From the IMG/VR virus record IMGVR_UViG_3300017991_005548, positions 62,001 through 126,000 of that record: a stretch of 64,000 nt of DNA; one strand, written 5' to 3'. The position numbers were made by a program, and so were the translations under genes. The notes under the pieces were generated by a model. It had not been told where the DNA came from. It saw nothing but the letters and a program-made list of their open reading frames with translations, and did no database searches. Below are positions 1 to 8,427 of this stretch, piece after piece (positions within the stretch are counted from its first letter, which is position 1; every line of letters starts with the position of its first letter).

Positions 1-600
1 GCTTTCATCTGGACTTTGGACCATTAGGTAGTAATTGCCCCAAGGAATGTCATCATCATCAAATACCCACTCTACAGGACATTCATCCTTTAGTTTAATT
101 TCAGCATATGTTTTTCTATTAACCTCAACAGTACGGAATCCTTCATCAAGAATAACACTTTCGCATACTCTGGTTGCTTCATAGCATTCAGCCCTGATCC
201 CAAGAGCATTCGCTTTCAGTCTAACGTTAATATCTCTTGAAATAACTATACACTCATTCTCTGGCTCTTGAGCCTTCATAATATCTGCAATATGAAGTAC
301 ATGAAAATCGACATCCTTCTCCTTTCTATAGGTTCCTAAGTTGCCATTATAAATAACTCTTATTTGACCTTCCCTATCATCTCCTAATCTAACCCCTTTT
401 CTTAAATCCCCCAATTCTCTGAATTTGTCGAGTGATCTAGAAACTTGACGGGAGTTTCGCCCTAACGCCCCATTGTCTCTTTTGAATGTGTCTAGCTCTT
501 CAATCACTCCGATTGGAATAATCACAGTATGTTCCTCAAAACTGAATATCGCTTCAGGATCTTGCAACAGAACATTTGTGTCAATAACGAAATTTTTCAT
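1..600 (-). CDS. phoH: PhoH-family protein (PIN domain + PhoH ATPase), runs off the window edge
   Basis: Manual translation from ATG at 600 (RBS AGGAGG): MKNFVIDTNVLLQDPEAIFSFEEHTVIIPIGVIEELDTFKR...SRDINVRLKANALGI, the PIN N-terminus typical of PhoH2/YlaK; not in the ORF track because truncated. Confidence 0.85.
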   Translation of the reverse strand, partial: MKNFVIDTNVLLQDPEAIFSFEEHTVIIPIGVIEELDTFKRDNGALGRNSRQVSRSLDKFRELGDLRKGVRLGDDREGQIRVIYNGNLGTYRKEKDVDFHVLHIADIMKAQEPENECIVISRDINVRLKANALGIRAECYEATRVCESVILDEGFRTVEVNRKTYAEIKLKDECPVEWVFDDDDIPWGNYYLMVQSPDES

Positions 601-618
601 TATTCCTCCTTTATGGAT

Positions 619-981
619 TTATTTTGGCGTGTTCTTCTTTTTCTCTTCTTTCTGGGAAGCCTTCACTTCATCCATAGAAGAGTAAACTTTTGTGACTTTG
701 CCAAAAACTTTTTTGGTCCAACCATTGATTCGACCATGATTGTTTCCAATTAAACAACCACGTTTATCGTTTTTAGCTTTAACTAGGTGAGTATATAGGT
801 TCCCTCGAACCTTGCAGTATACCATATCCCCGACTTCGGTATCCTGCCATGTGGTGGGTACAAGCTTTACTGGTTGCTTGCTTTTGATGAGTGGAGTCAT
901 GCTGTTTCCAGGTTCTCGACTGATGATCGACTCCCCTTCCAACAACTTATTGACTTTCCAATTATGCATCCATTCTTCCAT
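619..981 (-). CDS. S24/S26 peptidase-like small protein
   Basis: GNSMTPLI motif followed by GDMVYCKV...YTHLV. Confidence 0.5.
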   Translation of the reverse strand: MEEWMHNWKVNKLLEGESIISREPGNSMTPLIKSKQPVKLVPTTWQDTEVGDMVYCKVRGNLYTHLVKAKNDKRGCLIGNNHGRINGWTKKVFGKVTKVYSSMDEVKASQKEEKKKNTPK

Positions 982-1092
982 TCAGTGACTTTTGTTGGTC
1001 ATTAATTCAATAATGATCCGACCTTTTCCTACCGACACTATTTTAGGAAAATAAAATCAACATTTAAATCACTGTTCTACAACAAAATAGAA

Positions 1093-1296
1093 CTAAGAAT
1101 CCTTCTTCTCCTGTTCCCTTTGTTTCTTTGCATATGCTAAACGTTTATTCCAAGCCTTTCTTCTTCTTTCGCAAGCTTCACAAGGCTTTATGCCAAACGT
1201 CTTTGTAATTTTGGCGAATGTATCTCCGAAACCTTCAGAAGGTTGAGACCAAATCTTTTTTGTCCTATTCCAAAACCATTTTATCCACTTAATCAT
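1093..1296 (-). CDS. small hypothetical phage protein (GDT...GIKPCxxC motif)
   Basis: ORF track; overlaps upstream ORF by 4 nt. Confidence 0.55.
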   Translation of the reverse strand: MIKWIKWFWNRTKKIWSQPSEGFGDTFAKITKTFGIKPCEACERRRKAWNKRLAYAKKQREQEKKDS

Positions 1297-1763
1297 AACT
1301 TCAAAAACCTCGAAAATAATTCCCTTGCCTTAGGGTCTTTTACAATCTCCAAACCGTGATCTATTATCATCCCATTCGGTCTATGTTTATTTCTGTCAAG
1401 TAAGTGAATAGCCCTTTCTGGACCCAAGAATTTGCAACCAACGATATAAGCAGTAGCAGAGCTTCTGGAAATGCCAGCCCAACAATGAACCATAAGATTT
1501 TTTGGGTTAACTTCTTTTACCCACTGAATAATCTCCTCAACATCCTCTTTCTTTGGAGAATGGTATCCCCAATCGTCATATCTCTTATATGGAACATCAT
1601 CCATATATTTGATCAGGATGTCTTTAGCATGCTTTTCTAAACCATTCAGTGGATGGTTATCCATTCTGTACTTACAATCCCTTAAAGAAATTACATGCCA
1701 TCTTTTAGAGTGTTGCTTCAACTCTTTTGCGGCTTCTTCTGCACTGAAAATTTGAATGTTCAT
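1293..1763 (-). CDS. protein-tyrosine/dual-specificity phosphatase family protein
   Basis: Catalytic HCxxGxxRS motif (HCWAGISRS). Confidence 0.8.
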   Translation of the reverse strand: MNIQIFSAEEAAKELKQHSKRWHVISLRDCKYRMDNHPLNGLEKHAKDILIKYMDDVPYKRYDDWGYHSPKKEDVEEIIQWVKEVNPKNLMVHCWAGISRSSATAYIVGCKFLGPERAIHLLDRNKHRPNGMIIDHGLEIVKDPKARELFSRFLKL

Positions 1764-1799
1764 AATTACTTCCCTTATACTTAATTATACAAAGGCTTT

Positions 1800-2711
1800 T
1801 TGCCACTTTTACTTGAACAAAAACAAAAACGGCTTACTAATATGGATCTAATAGACTTCGGTTCTGGACACCCAAAACATTCAAAGTTTTTTGAATACTT
1901 TATCTCACAAACAGAGAATATTAAAATCAAACGATATCTAAGTATCGGTTCTTATAACCCAAAGAAACTCATTGATAAAAAAGTAGGATACTTTCAATTC
2001 AGAATCAATGAAGTGCTATGCTCCATGGATAATGGAGATTTCATAAACATAGATCTCGACACCCTTAGAGAACTTAATACCGAAATACTTTTTATCTCTC
2101 AAATAAGAAAAGATCAGAAAGAACAGCTATATGAGCTTAACAGAAATTATGGGTATCGAATATATCCATTCATCCTGATACCGAGATATCACAAAACGAT
2201 ATATCCCATTTTTGCAAAATATGCTAAAGAATACACATACATGCTATCCAAAAACAAAAAATATGTAGCCCATATGAGATATGGACTCAGACATAGGTGG
2301 CATAGAACTCCTTGGGTTCGATTTACTAATCAACATAACACCCATTTTCCTCGCGAAAAACTAATAGGAGAACCTTTCTTCCAAAGATTATGTGACTGCG
2401 ATTGGGGAGTCAGTCTAAAAGGCTCTGGTGATGATTACAAATGTATGAGAGAAACTGAGTTTGCAAACTTTGGCATACCAATGGCCCTAAACTTCGAACC
2501 ATATTATCCTTTCAAATTTGAAAAAAACGTTCACTATAAATTGCTACATAAGCCAGAAGACCTCCAGGACTTAATTTACTCAGAATACTCTGAGCTTTAT
2601 AAATTCTCACAAGCGTCTAAAAAACTTGGAGAAAAATACTTCTCCCCACAAGGTTGTCTTGGATTAATGAAGTCTCTTTTGAATCAAAAGAAGTACAACA
2701 TAGAATTTTAA
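1800..2711 (+). CDS. putative glycosyltransferase-like protein
   Basis: C-terminal WGVSLKGSG..KCMRETEF..FGIP segment resembles GT-B donor-binding halves; inference. Confidence 0.4.
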   Translation: MPLLLEQKQKRLTNMDLIDFGSGHPKHSKFFEYFISQTENIKIKRYLSIGSYNPKKLIDKKVGYFQFRINEVLCSMDNGDFINIDLDTLRELNTEILFISQIRKDQKEQLYELNRNYGYRIYPFILIPRYHKTIYPIFAKYAKEYTYMLSKNKKYVAHMRYGLRHRWHRTPWVRFTNQHNTHFPREKLIGEPFFQRLCDCDWGVSLKGSGDDYKCMRETEFANFGIPMALNFEPYYPFKFEKNVHYKLLHKPEDLQDLIYSEYSELYKFSQASKKLGEKYFSPQGCLGLMKSLLNQKKYNIEF

Positions 2712-2712
2712 T

Positions 2713-2789
2713 TGGTGGCAACGAGAGGAGTCGAACCTCCGACGCTCTGCTCTTCAGGCAGACGCTCTTCCACACTGAGCTACGTTGCC
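2713..2789 (-). tRNA. tRNA-Phe(GAA)
   Basis: Cloverleaf, anticodon arm TCTGC-CTGAAGA-GCAGA, encoded CCA. Confidence 0.95.
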
Positions 2790-2792
2790 ATT

Positions 2793-2868
2793 TGGTGGGA
2801 TGCCTCGGTATCGAACCGAGTTCTCTGGTTTTTCAGACCAGCGCAATGACCTCACCTGCTCACATCCC
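2793..2868 (-). tRNA. tRNA-Phe(GAA), atypical D arm
   Basis: Anticodon arm CTGGT-CTGAAAA-ACCAG, T loop TTCGATA, CCA. Confidence 0.85.
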
Positions 2869-2871
2869 AAT

Positions 2872-2935
2872 AAAAAACCCCGACCAGAAGTCGGGGCCAA
2901 AATACACGAAAAAAACCCCGACGAATGTCGAGGTT
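2872..2935 (-). terminator. two tandem intrinsic terminators of the Phe attenuator
   Basis: AACCTCGAC-ATTC-GTCGGGGTT+U run (2909-2935) and CCCCGAC-TTCTG-GTCGGGG+U6 (2872-2896). Confidence 0.85.
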
Positions 2936-2973
2936 AAAAAGATCTAAACAACACTTTGATCTAACTACCTCGA

Positions 2974-3018
2974 CTAGAGGTGGCTAAAAAATCGAAAGAT
3001 GTTGTTTAAGTTGTTCAT
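2974..3018 (-). CDS. Phe attenuator leader peptide MNNLNNIFRFFSHL
   Basis: 14 codons, three TTT codons, RBS AAGGA, between promoter and terminators upstream of two tRNA-Phe genes. Confidence 0.8.
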   Translation of the reverse strand: MNNLNNIFRFFSHL

Positions 3019-3043
3019 AATGTAAAATCCTTTTGTTGCCCCT

Positions 3044-3071
3044 ATTATAGGGTATCATCCATGCTTTTCAA
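3044..3071 (-). promoter_or_regulatory. sigma70-like promoter of the tRNA-Phe operon
   Basis: TTGAAA-N16-TATAAT. Confidence 0.8.
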
Positions 3072-3086
3072 GTCAGAACTGCAAAA

Positions 3087-3338
3087 TTAATCCAATTCAA
3101 GCATATCAATAAGATCAGCCTTACTTCTATATCCTGCAAACTTCAACTGAGGATCATCCACAAAAGACATAGGAACGGCCATAATGCCGAGTCTTTGAGC
3201 TTCTTTGAGGTTATCTGGATCTTCAGTCGGCTTAAGCTCTACTTTTACTTCTGGGTACTCTTCTACCAGTTTGTCAAGCTCTTTCTTGAGTCTCTTACAT
3301 GGGATACAGTGCTCTCCTGTAAAAACTGTTACTTTCAT
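3087..3338 (-). CDS. thioredoxin/glutaredoxin-like protein
   Basis: CIPC redox motif, cis-Pro motif AVP, 83 aa. Confidence 0.8.
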   Translation of the reverse strand: MKVTVFTGEHCIPCKRLKKELDKLVEEYPEVKVELKPTEDPDNLKEAQRLGIMAVPMSFVDDPQLKFAGYRSKADLIDMLELD

Positions 3339-3350
3339 TTTCTTTCTCCT

Positions 3351-4133
3351 TTAGGTTAAAAAATCTTTGTCAACGTAATGCACCATGAACTTACATACAG
3401 TATCGATAAGTTCATCAGGCATTCTTTTAAAACATTCGTTCACAAACTCATCTGGAACGTTTTTGTAATATGCATGAGCAATTGAGCCAGCCATAGCCGC
3501 AATGGTATCGCTGTCTCCACCCATCATTACTGCTTCTCTTATTGTACTCTCAAAATCCTCAGAATACAAGAAAGCGTATACAGCTTGCGGAACTGTCTCC
3601 TGGCAACTACAATTAAATCCTAGATGCTCAGAGGTCAAAATAAGGTCCGTTCTGTATCCAAACGACTCTACTGCTTCTCTAATTTCTTGCTTTGTCCCTC
3701 CATGCCAAGCTATGAATGTTGCCAAAGCAATTGCTTGAGCACCTTTAACTCCCTCTTCATGATTATGAGTCGCATCAGCACTCTTTTTGGCCTCTGCTAG
3801 AACATCCTTTTTAGATCTGCAATAGAAAGCAACAGGGCTAACTCTCATCGCAGACCCATTGCCATAACTATTATACCCTTCTTCTTGCTCACTTAAAGCC
3901 CACTCTTTGAAAGCACTACCATACCCTCTATCTTTGTAATTTCTATAGTATTCACGAATAGATTGTGAATAGTTTCCTGAATTCATCAAAACATCTGCTA
4001 CTGCGCAGGTTAGAACAGTATCGTCAGTAAAAATACACTTCTTGTTGAATAGAAGAAAATTTTTGGTTTTGGGGTGTCTTTTTGGGCCTTCCCAACGAGA
4101 GCCTATTATGTCTCCTAAAATCGCGCCTATCAC
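3351..4133 (-). CDS. ADP-ribosylglycohydrolase (DraG/ARH family)
   Basis: GAILGDIIGS, FTDDT, SYGNGSAMR, GGDSDTIAAMAG motifs; probable GTG start at 4133 coupled (GTGA) to upstream stop. Confidence 0.9.
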   Translation of the reverse strand: MIGAILGDIIGSRWEGPKRHPKTKNFLLFNKKCIFTDDTVLTCAVADVLMNSGNYSQSIREYYRNYKDRGYGSAFKEWALSEQEEGYNSYGNGSAMRVSPVAFYCRSKKDVLAEAKKSADATHNHEEGVKGAQAIALATFIAWHGGTKQEIREAVESFGYRTDLILTSEHLGFNCSCQETVPQAVYAFLYSEDFESTIREAVMMGGDSDTIAAMAGSIAHAYYKNVPDEFVNECFKRMPDELIDTVCKFMVHYVDKDFLT

Positions 4134-5149
4134 AATCTTTCTCCTTTTACTCTTTCCTTTTCGTACCCTAACCAAACTTTCCAACTTTTCCAGCCTCTAT
4201 CTTTATAAGTCCTATCTGGCACACTTGGTAAACAAACAGGTCTAGTATTTTCTTTCCAATATAAACACCATTCTGTTTTGCTTCTTATTCCCAATTTATG
4301 AACGAATTTTTCTGCTTCTTTATAAGGCATAAACCCACTTTTTGCAACTTTTATACTCCCCAAATCATAAAATTTGTTCTTTTTCCTTATTAAAAATAAA
4401 TTCGAAGGAGTGTTATACATATATTCTCTTAAAAGTATCGAACTGTTCTTAGCCACCCTAACTCTATAATACTTCTCTTTTAAACTTCTAACATTCCCCC
4501 TAAAACCATTTATATTTTCTTTTAATTTTAATAACAAACCATATGAGAACTTCTCACTTCCACTAGTAAGAGATGATTCTATGGAGTTCCTAGATATAGA
4601 TACATTACCGTCTCCGTCCCATAGCCCTCGTATAAAATCTGGCAGAAATTCTTCTGGAACATTAGGCATTTCACATGTCAGGCTTTTTCTCTCAGTTCCA
4701 CCTATTTTTTTAATTGATTCAACTAAATTTCTACAATAAATGTTCAAATGACAATATTTGCTTCTTGTCTCTTTAATGGGTCCATCAAAACCCATCGTTT
4801 TTGCGATTAACTCTAATAGATATTTATCTTTATTACTTTGCGTAATTGAAAACAAACTTTCATAAATACACCCATCTGCCCACCAAAAACCCAAAATATA
4901 CGCCATATCATGAGTCCATATCTCAAAGAAATCCTCATTTATCGAATATTTATCTCTTTTATAGGACATCTTTTTATACCCCATCCAATCCATGTACGAA
5001 ACCCATTCCGACTTATATACTTGATGAGGACTGCGAGGAATGAATGGAGGTCTGTTGTTTTTACACCAATCTTCCCATTCTGACTGCTTTTTAAGACCTA
5101 ATTGACGTACATATTGTCTTGCTTCTTCAAATAACAGGAATTTACTCAT
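4130..5149 (-). mobile_element. free-standing LAGLIDADG homing endonuclease with terminal integrase-repeat-like domains
   Basis: YILGFWWADG and FIRGLWDGDG motifs; N- and C-terminal F/YxEA(R/E)xxVxxLG...EW repeats. Confidence 0.85.
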
Positions 5150-5178
5150 TTCTTACTCTCCTTAAATGTTTTCGTCAT

Positions 5179-5247
5179 TTAATTCAAATAATTATGCACT
5201 TTATCCTGCGATTGACCCAACATTTTTCCGATGATTGCTCCGATCAT
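5179..5247 (-). pseudogene. relic 5' end of the ARH gene (MIGAIIG...)
   Basis: RBS AAGGA + ATG ATC GGA GCA ATC ATC GGA matches ARH N-terminus VIGAILG; ORF then diverges and stops after 22 codons. Confidence 0.6.
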
Positions 5248-5274
5248 AGTCTTTGTCCTTGTATTAAATCGATA

Positions 5275-5619
5275 TTACCAAGCGGCTTTTATTGTATGAT
5301 TTCCCTCGGCATCATATGTGATTTGTTGCCAATAACCAGATGAGTCTGTATGGAGAATAATCCTACCCAAAACATCGTATGACCAATACTGCCATGCTCC
5401 ATTATAGAAATCAATCCTTACGCATTGTTTCTTATCATTATATGATCTTCTGTGCCATTCCCCTTTGGAATTATTGTAGGCTATCCAAAGCCCTGCTTTA
5501 TCATACTCTTTGGTTTCCCAAACTCCATTATCATGGACATCTCGTATGATTTGCCCCCCATCTTTCGTTCTTGTTACAAATGAAGGCATGTTGTTACCTC
5601 TTTCGTAAAGGCGTTGCAC
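5275..5619 (-). CDS. hypothetical protein with short YD-like repeats
   Basis: Repeats EYDKAG / SYNDKK / SYDVLG / TYDAEG. Confidence 0.6.
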   Translation of the reverse strand: MQRLYERGNNMPSFVTRTKDGGQIIRDVHDNGVWETKEYDKAGLWIAYNNSKGEWHRRSYNDKKQCVRIDFYNGAWQYWSYDVLGRIILHTDSSGYWQQITYDAEGNHTIKAAW

Positions 5620-5651
5620 ATCATTATTCTAAAAGCCGAATAGGGAATCCT

Positions 5652-6755
5652 TTATCGGTGATCAGCCATCTCTTTCAGAATTCTTGAGAACCAAAGTTTT
5701 CTTGAAAATTCCCAAGCTTCATTTTGGGTTTCTTCGTTCTCATCTTTAACAGAAAAAGAACCCATTGGTATCCTTGCGGCTCCTGCACCCATTTTTCCGC
5801 CACCATGTTCTTTCCCAAAAATCTTTTTACAGATCTTATCAACATCAATGGCCAGTCCGCTACTTCTAACACTGACTTCCAGGTTATCTCCGACAATAGC
5901 AACAATAAAAGAAGTGTCAATACCCTCGACTCTAGCTCTTTCTTCAGCTATACTTGGAAGGGCATCTCTTTTTGCAGGGGTTATGTAACCAATTCCTCCA
6001 AGAAACACTCCATTCTCTGAAATAGCATGTCCGTCATGGTCCAATCTTTTTCTAAGATCAAAATGATATGGTGGAATTGGATAGTTGATGATTTTAGCAA
6101 GCATTTTTTGATCTGTAACAACAATCAAGCTCTTATACGCATCAAAATCGAGATCTGTAACGACATCTGTAACTAAATCGCACGTATCTGTCTTAATGCC
6201 AATTAACAATGCTGTTGCAACATTAGAATCTTCTTCTGACATTTTGTCGAACTCTATTTTAGCCTGCATCATGTATTCCCATACAATCGTGGAAGCAGAG
6301 CCGACACTTCTAATGTCTTTTAATTTTGCCTTCTTTGTATCACCTTTATGATGATCAATAACCAAAGTGTAGACTGCATTGGGTATTGCGCTCCTTTCTG
6401 GAATGGTATCTACACAAACATATATGTCGGCAAAATTCTCAACATCTTCAGGAGTTTGAAGTTCCCCCTCAACCTCATCAACATGCGTTAACTGAAGATT
6501 AAGAACATTAATCATAGTTTTGTTTTGGGGATGGGAAATCTCTCCACTATAAATCAAAGAAACTCTAGCTTCTGGAAGCCAACTTCTGATAAGTCTTTTG
6601 AGTCCATATGCAGATCCGATACAGTCTGGGTCTGGACAGGAATGCATTGTTATTGCAATATGAAGTTGATGATTTGCCTCAAAAACCTCAAAAAGTTCAT
6701 CTTTGAACTGATCTGCAATATGGTCAACATTCTTTACTTCTTCTTTTTCATCCAT
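5652..6755 (-). CDS. DHH/DHHA1 family phosphoesterase (NrnA-like)
   Basis: HxxPDPD, DHH, GIKTDT, SVRS, GGG motifs. Confidence 0.9.
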   Translation of the reverse strand: MDEKEEVKNVDHIADQFKDELFEVFEANHQLHIAITMHSCPDPDCIGSAYGLKRLIRSWLPEARVSLIYSGEISHPQNKTMINVLNLQLTHVDEVEGELQTPEDVENFADIYVCVDTIPERSAIPNAVYTLVIDHHKGDTKKAKLKDIRSVGSASTIVWEYMMQAKIEFDKMSEEDSNVATALLIGIKTDTCDLVTDVVTDLDFDAYKSLIVVTDQKMLAKIINYPIPPYHFDLRKRLDHDGHAISENGVFLGGIGYITPAKRDALPSIAEERARVEGIDTSFIVAIVGDNLEVSVRSSGLAIDVDKICKKIFGKEHGGGKMGAGAARIPMGSFSVKDENEETQNEAWEFSRKLWFSRILKEMADHR

Positions 6756-6827
6756 CTTCTTCTCCTTAATAAATAGAAAACGACTCCTACATTGGTTAAT
6801 ATAGGAGTCGTTTAGGATAAGTCAAGC

Positions 6828-7025
6828 TCAGGAAACAACTAAATTTTCAGATTCTTCTGACTCGTTTTCAGCCAGTAAATTCTCTTTACACTCTTCGCAA
6901 ATTCCATGCGACAGCATAATTAGTCGATCCTCTACATAATGATCCACTTCATGCGTAGAAATGCTGATAGTTTTTCTGCACCAAGCGCATCCAACTACAA
7001 TCGTTTGTAAGTATATGTCTTTCAT
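6828..7025 (-). CDS. small Cys-rich hypothetical protein
   Basis: CAWC...SHGICEEC. Confidence 0.6.
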   Translation of the reverse strand: MKDIYLQTIVVGCAWCRKTISISTHEVDHYVEDRLIMLSHGICEECKENLLAENESEESENLVVS

Positions 7026-7071
7026 TTTTATTCCTACACATAGTGGGGTTAGTTTTCTTCCATTAGGGTAT

Positions 7072-7099
7072 ATTATACTACATATTCTGAGGAAGTCAA
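7072..7099 (-). promoter_or_regulatory. sigma70-like promoter
   Basis: TTGACT-N16-TATAAT. Confidence 0.7.
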
Positions 7100-7130
7100 G
7101 TTAAGAAACTTATTTTTTTATAAGTTCGGC

Positions 7131-7158
7131 TTGACTTTGGCCAGAAAAGCCTTATACT
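7131..7158 (+). promoter_or_regulatory. divergent sigma70-like promoter
   Basis: TTGACT-N16-TATACT. Confidence 0.65.
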
Positions 7159-7222
7159 AAATATTAAGTAATTGTTAACTTGATTAACAATCAGTTTGGA
7201 AAATTTCTAAAGGATGTGAAAA

Positions 7223-7315
7223 ATGAAACGTTTAGAAGACATGTTCATGACCATGATGGAGAAGTCAACAGAGATCATTATCTTTGCTATCTTCTTGTTA
7301 ATCATCTTGGCTTAA
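7223..7315 (+). CDS. 30-aa putative membrane peptide
   Basis: MKRLEDMFMTMMEKSTEIIIFAIFLLIILA, RBS AAGGA, downstream of 7131 promoter. Confidence 0.45.
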   Translation: MKRLEDMFMTMMEKSTEIIIFAIFLLIILA

Positions 7316-7331
7316 TACCACTCATCAGATT

Positions 7332-7409
7332 TGGTCGGGATAGCTGGATTCGAACCAGCGACTCCTTGACCCCCAGTCAAGTGCTCTAACCAGGCTGAGC
7401 TACATCCCG
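7332..7409 (-). tRNA. tRNA-Pro(GGG)
   Basis: Cloverleaf, loop CTGGGGG, CCA. Confidence 0.95.
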
Positions 7410-7451
7410 ACAATTATTCCGACACTTATCCCGACATTTTGTCGGGATTCA

Positions 7452-7574
7452 GAAAAACGCCAGTGTATTGCTCATTTATACTACCTCACAAAGTTTAGAA
7501 TGCTGAATAGAACCTTATTCAAGTTCACTTTTAATAGTACTGTATGGGTGGGATTCGAACCCACATCTCTGGCT
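7452..7574 (-). ncRNA. circularly permuted tRNA-like RNA 1
   Basis: 3' half (GCCAG, AGAT, T arm GTGGG-TTCGAAT-CCCAC, CCATACA; 7540-7574) precedes 5' half (TGTGAGG, D arm, CTGGC; 7452-7490); linker holds the CAGCA element. Confidence 0.7.
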
Positions 7575-7650
7575 TGGTATCCCCAACGGGAATTGAACCC
7601 GTATCTGTTGGTTGAGAACCAACTATCCTAGACCGTTAGACGATGGGGAC
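7575..7650 (-). tRNA. tRNA-Glu(CTC)
   Basis: Loop TTCTCAA, CCA. Confidence 0.95.
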
Positions 7651-7657
7651 ATTAAAA

Positions 7658-7785
7658 ATGAGTCGGAAGGAATCGAACCTTCATTCCCTGGTTGATTTAT
7701 TAAACATCAAATAGTTGCTGGAACGAAACTTATACAGTTTCACTTGGTTTTATGTCCAGGAGTTCTACCATTAAACTACGACCCA
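7658..7785 (-). ncRNA. tRNA-like gene with CAGCAA element inside the anticodon arm
   Basis: Acceptor TGGGTCG/CGACTCA, D and T arms intact, stem CCTGG/CCAGG enclosing ~60 nt; no CCA. Confidence 0.7.
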
Positions 7786-7805
7786 AGTTGTATCTCTAAT
7801 GAGAT

Positions 7806-7882
7806 TGGTCGGGTATGCAGGATTCGAACCTGCGATCTCATCATCCCAAATGATGCGCCTTACCAGACTAGGCTAATACCCG
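7806..7882 (-). tRNA. tRNA-Pro(TGG)
   Basis: Loop TTTGGGA, CCA. Confidence 0.95.
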
Positions 7883-8055
7883 ATACAGAAGTGTTTTATC
7901 CTGTTAAACTATCCCCAACAAGATCGTACTTTAAGTCATCTGACACTAACTCATTTCTGACCCCAGAATATATTTTATTGTTTTGAATGTCAGTTCGTAA
8001 CAACTACTTTACACTCTTAAGCCGAGGCTGGGACTCGAACCCAGATCTCTCCTTT
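7883..8055 (-). ncRNA. circularly permuted tRNA-like RNA 2
   Basis: 3' half (AGGAG, AGAT, CTGGG-TTCGAGT-CCCAG, CCTCGGC; 8020-8055) precedes 5' half (GTTGGGG, D arm, CTTCT; 7883-7919) with ~100-nt linker. Confidence 0.7.
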
Positions 8056-8146
8056 TGGTGACGCAGACGGGATTCGAACCCGCAAAGGAATCTCTTCCTA
8101 CCAGATTGAAAGTCTGGTTACTTCAGGCCAATTTGTATACTGCGCC
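8056..8146 (-). tRNA. tRNA-Glu(TTC) with long variable arm
   Basis: CCAGA-CTTTCAA-TCTGG; V arm AGGAA-GAGA-TTCCT; CCA. Confidence 0.85.
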
Positions 8147-8152
8147 ATTTTT

Positions 8153-8273
8153 TAGTCAGGACGGCTGGATTCGAACCAACTCCTTTAGCTCCTCAAGCTA
8201 AAATAAATATTGCTGTAGCGAACCTTATTGTCAAGTTCATGTTTATAACGTGCTACCATTACACTACGTCCTG
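8153..8273 (-). ncRNA. tRNA-like gene (C1-G72 body, GAG anticodon) with CAGCAA element between D and anticodon arms
   Basis: CAGGACG/CGTCCTG acceptor, 47-nt insert after D arm, TTAGC-TTGAGGA-GCTAA, ends A-CTA. Confidence 0.7.
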
Positions 8274-8318
8274 ATGGTCTGACCCTCAAAAATCATAAGT
8301 CTGATTCTCGAAAAGTCA

Positions 8319-8397
8319 TGGTCTGGATGGTAGGATTCGAACCTACGCTACTCCTCAGTCCAAGTGAGGCGGGATGACCAGACTTCCCCACATCCAG
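8319..8397 (-). tRNA. tRNA-Pro(TGG)
   Basis: CCTCA-CTTGGAC-TGAGG, CCA. Confidence 0.95.
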
Positions 8398-8427
8398 ATT
8401 AAGTCTTCTAAATTTTCAAAGATCATT

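Noticed and set aside
4130-5247. Group I intron in the ARH gene
   Set aside because: The endonuclease ORF fills the interval up to the ARH restart, leaving no room for core helices, and ARH has its own complete N-terminus.
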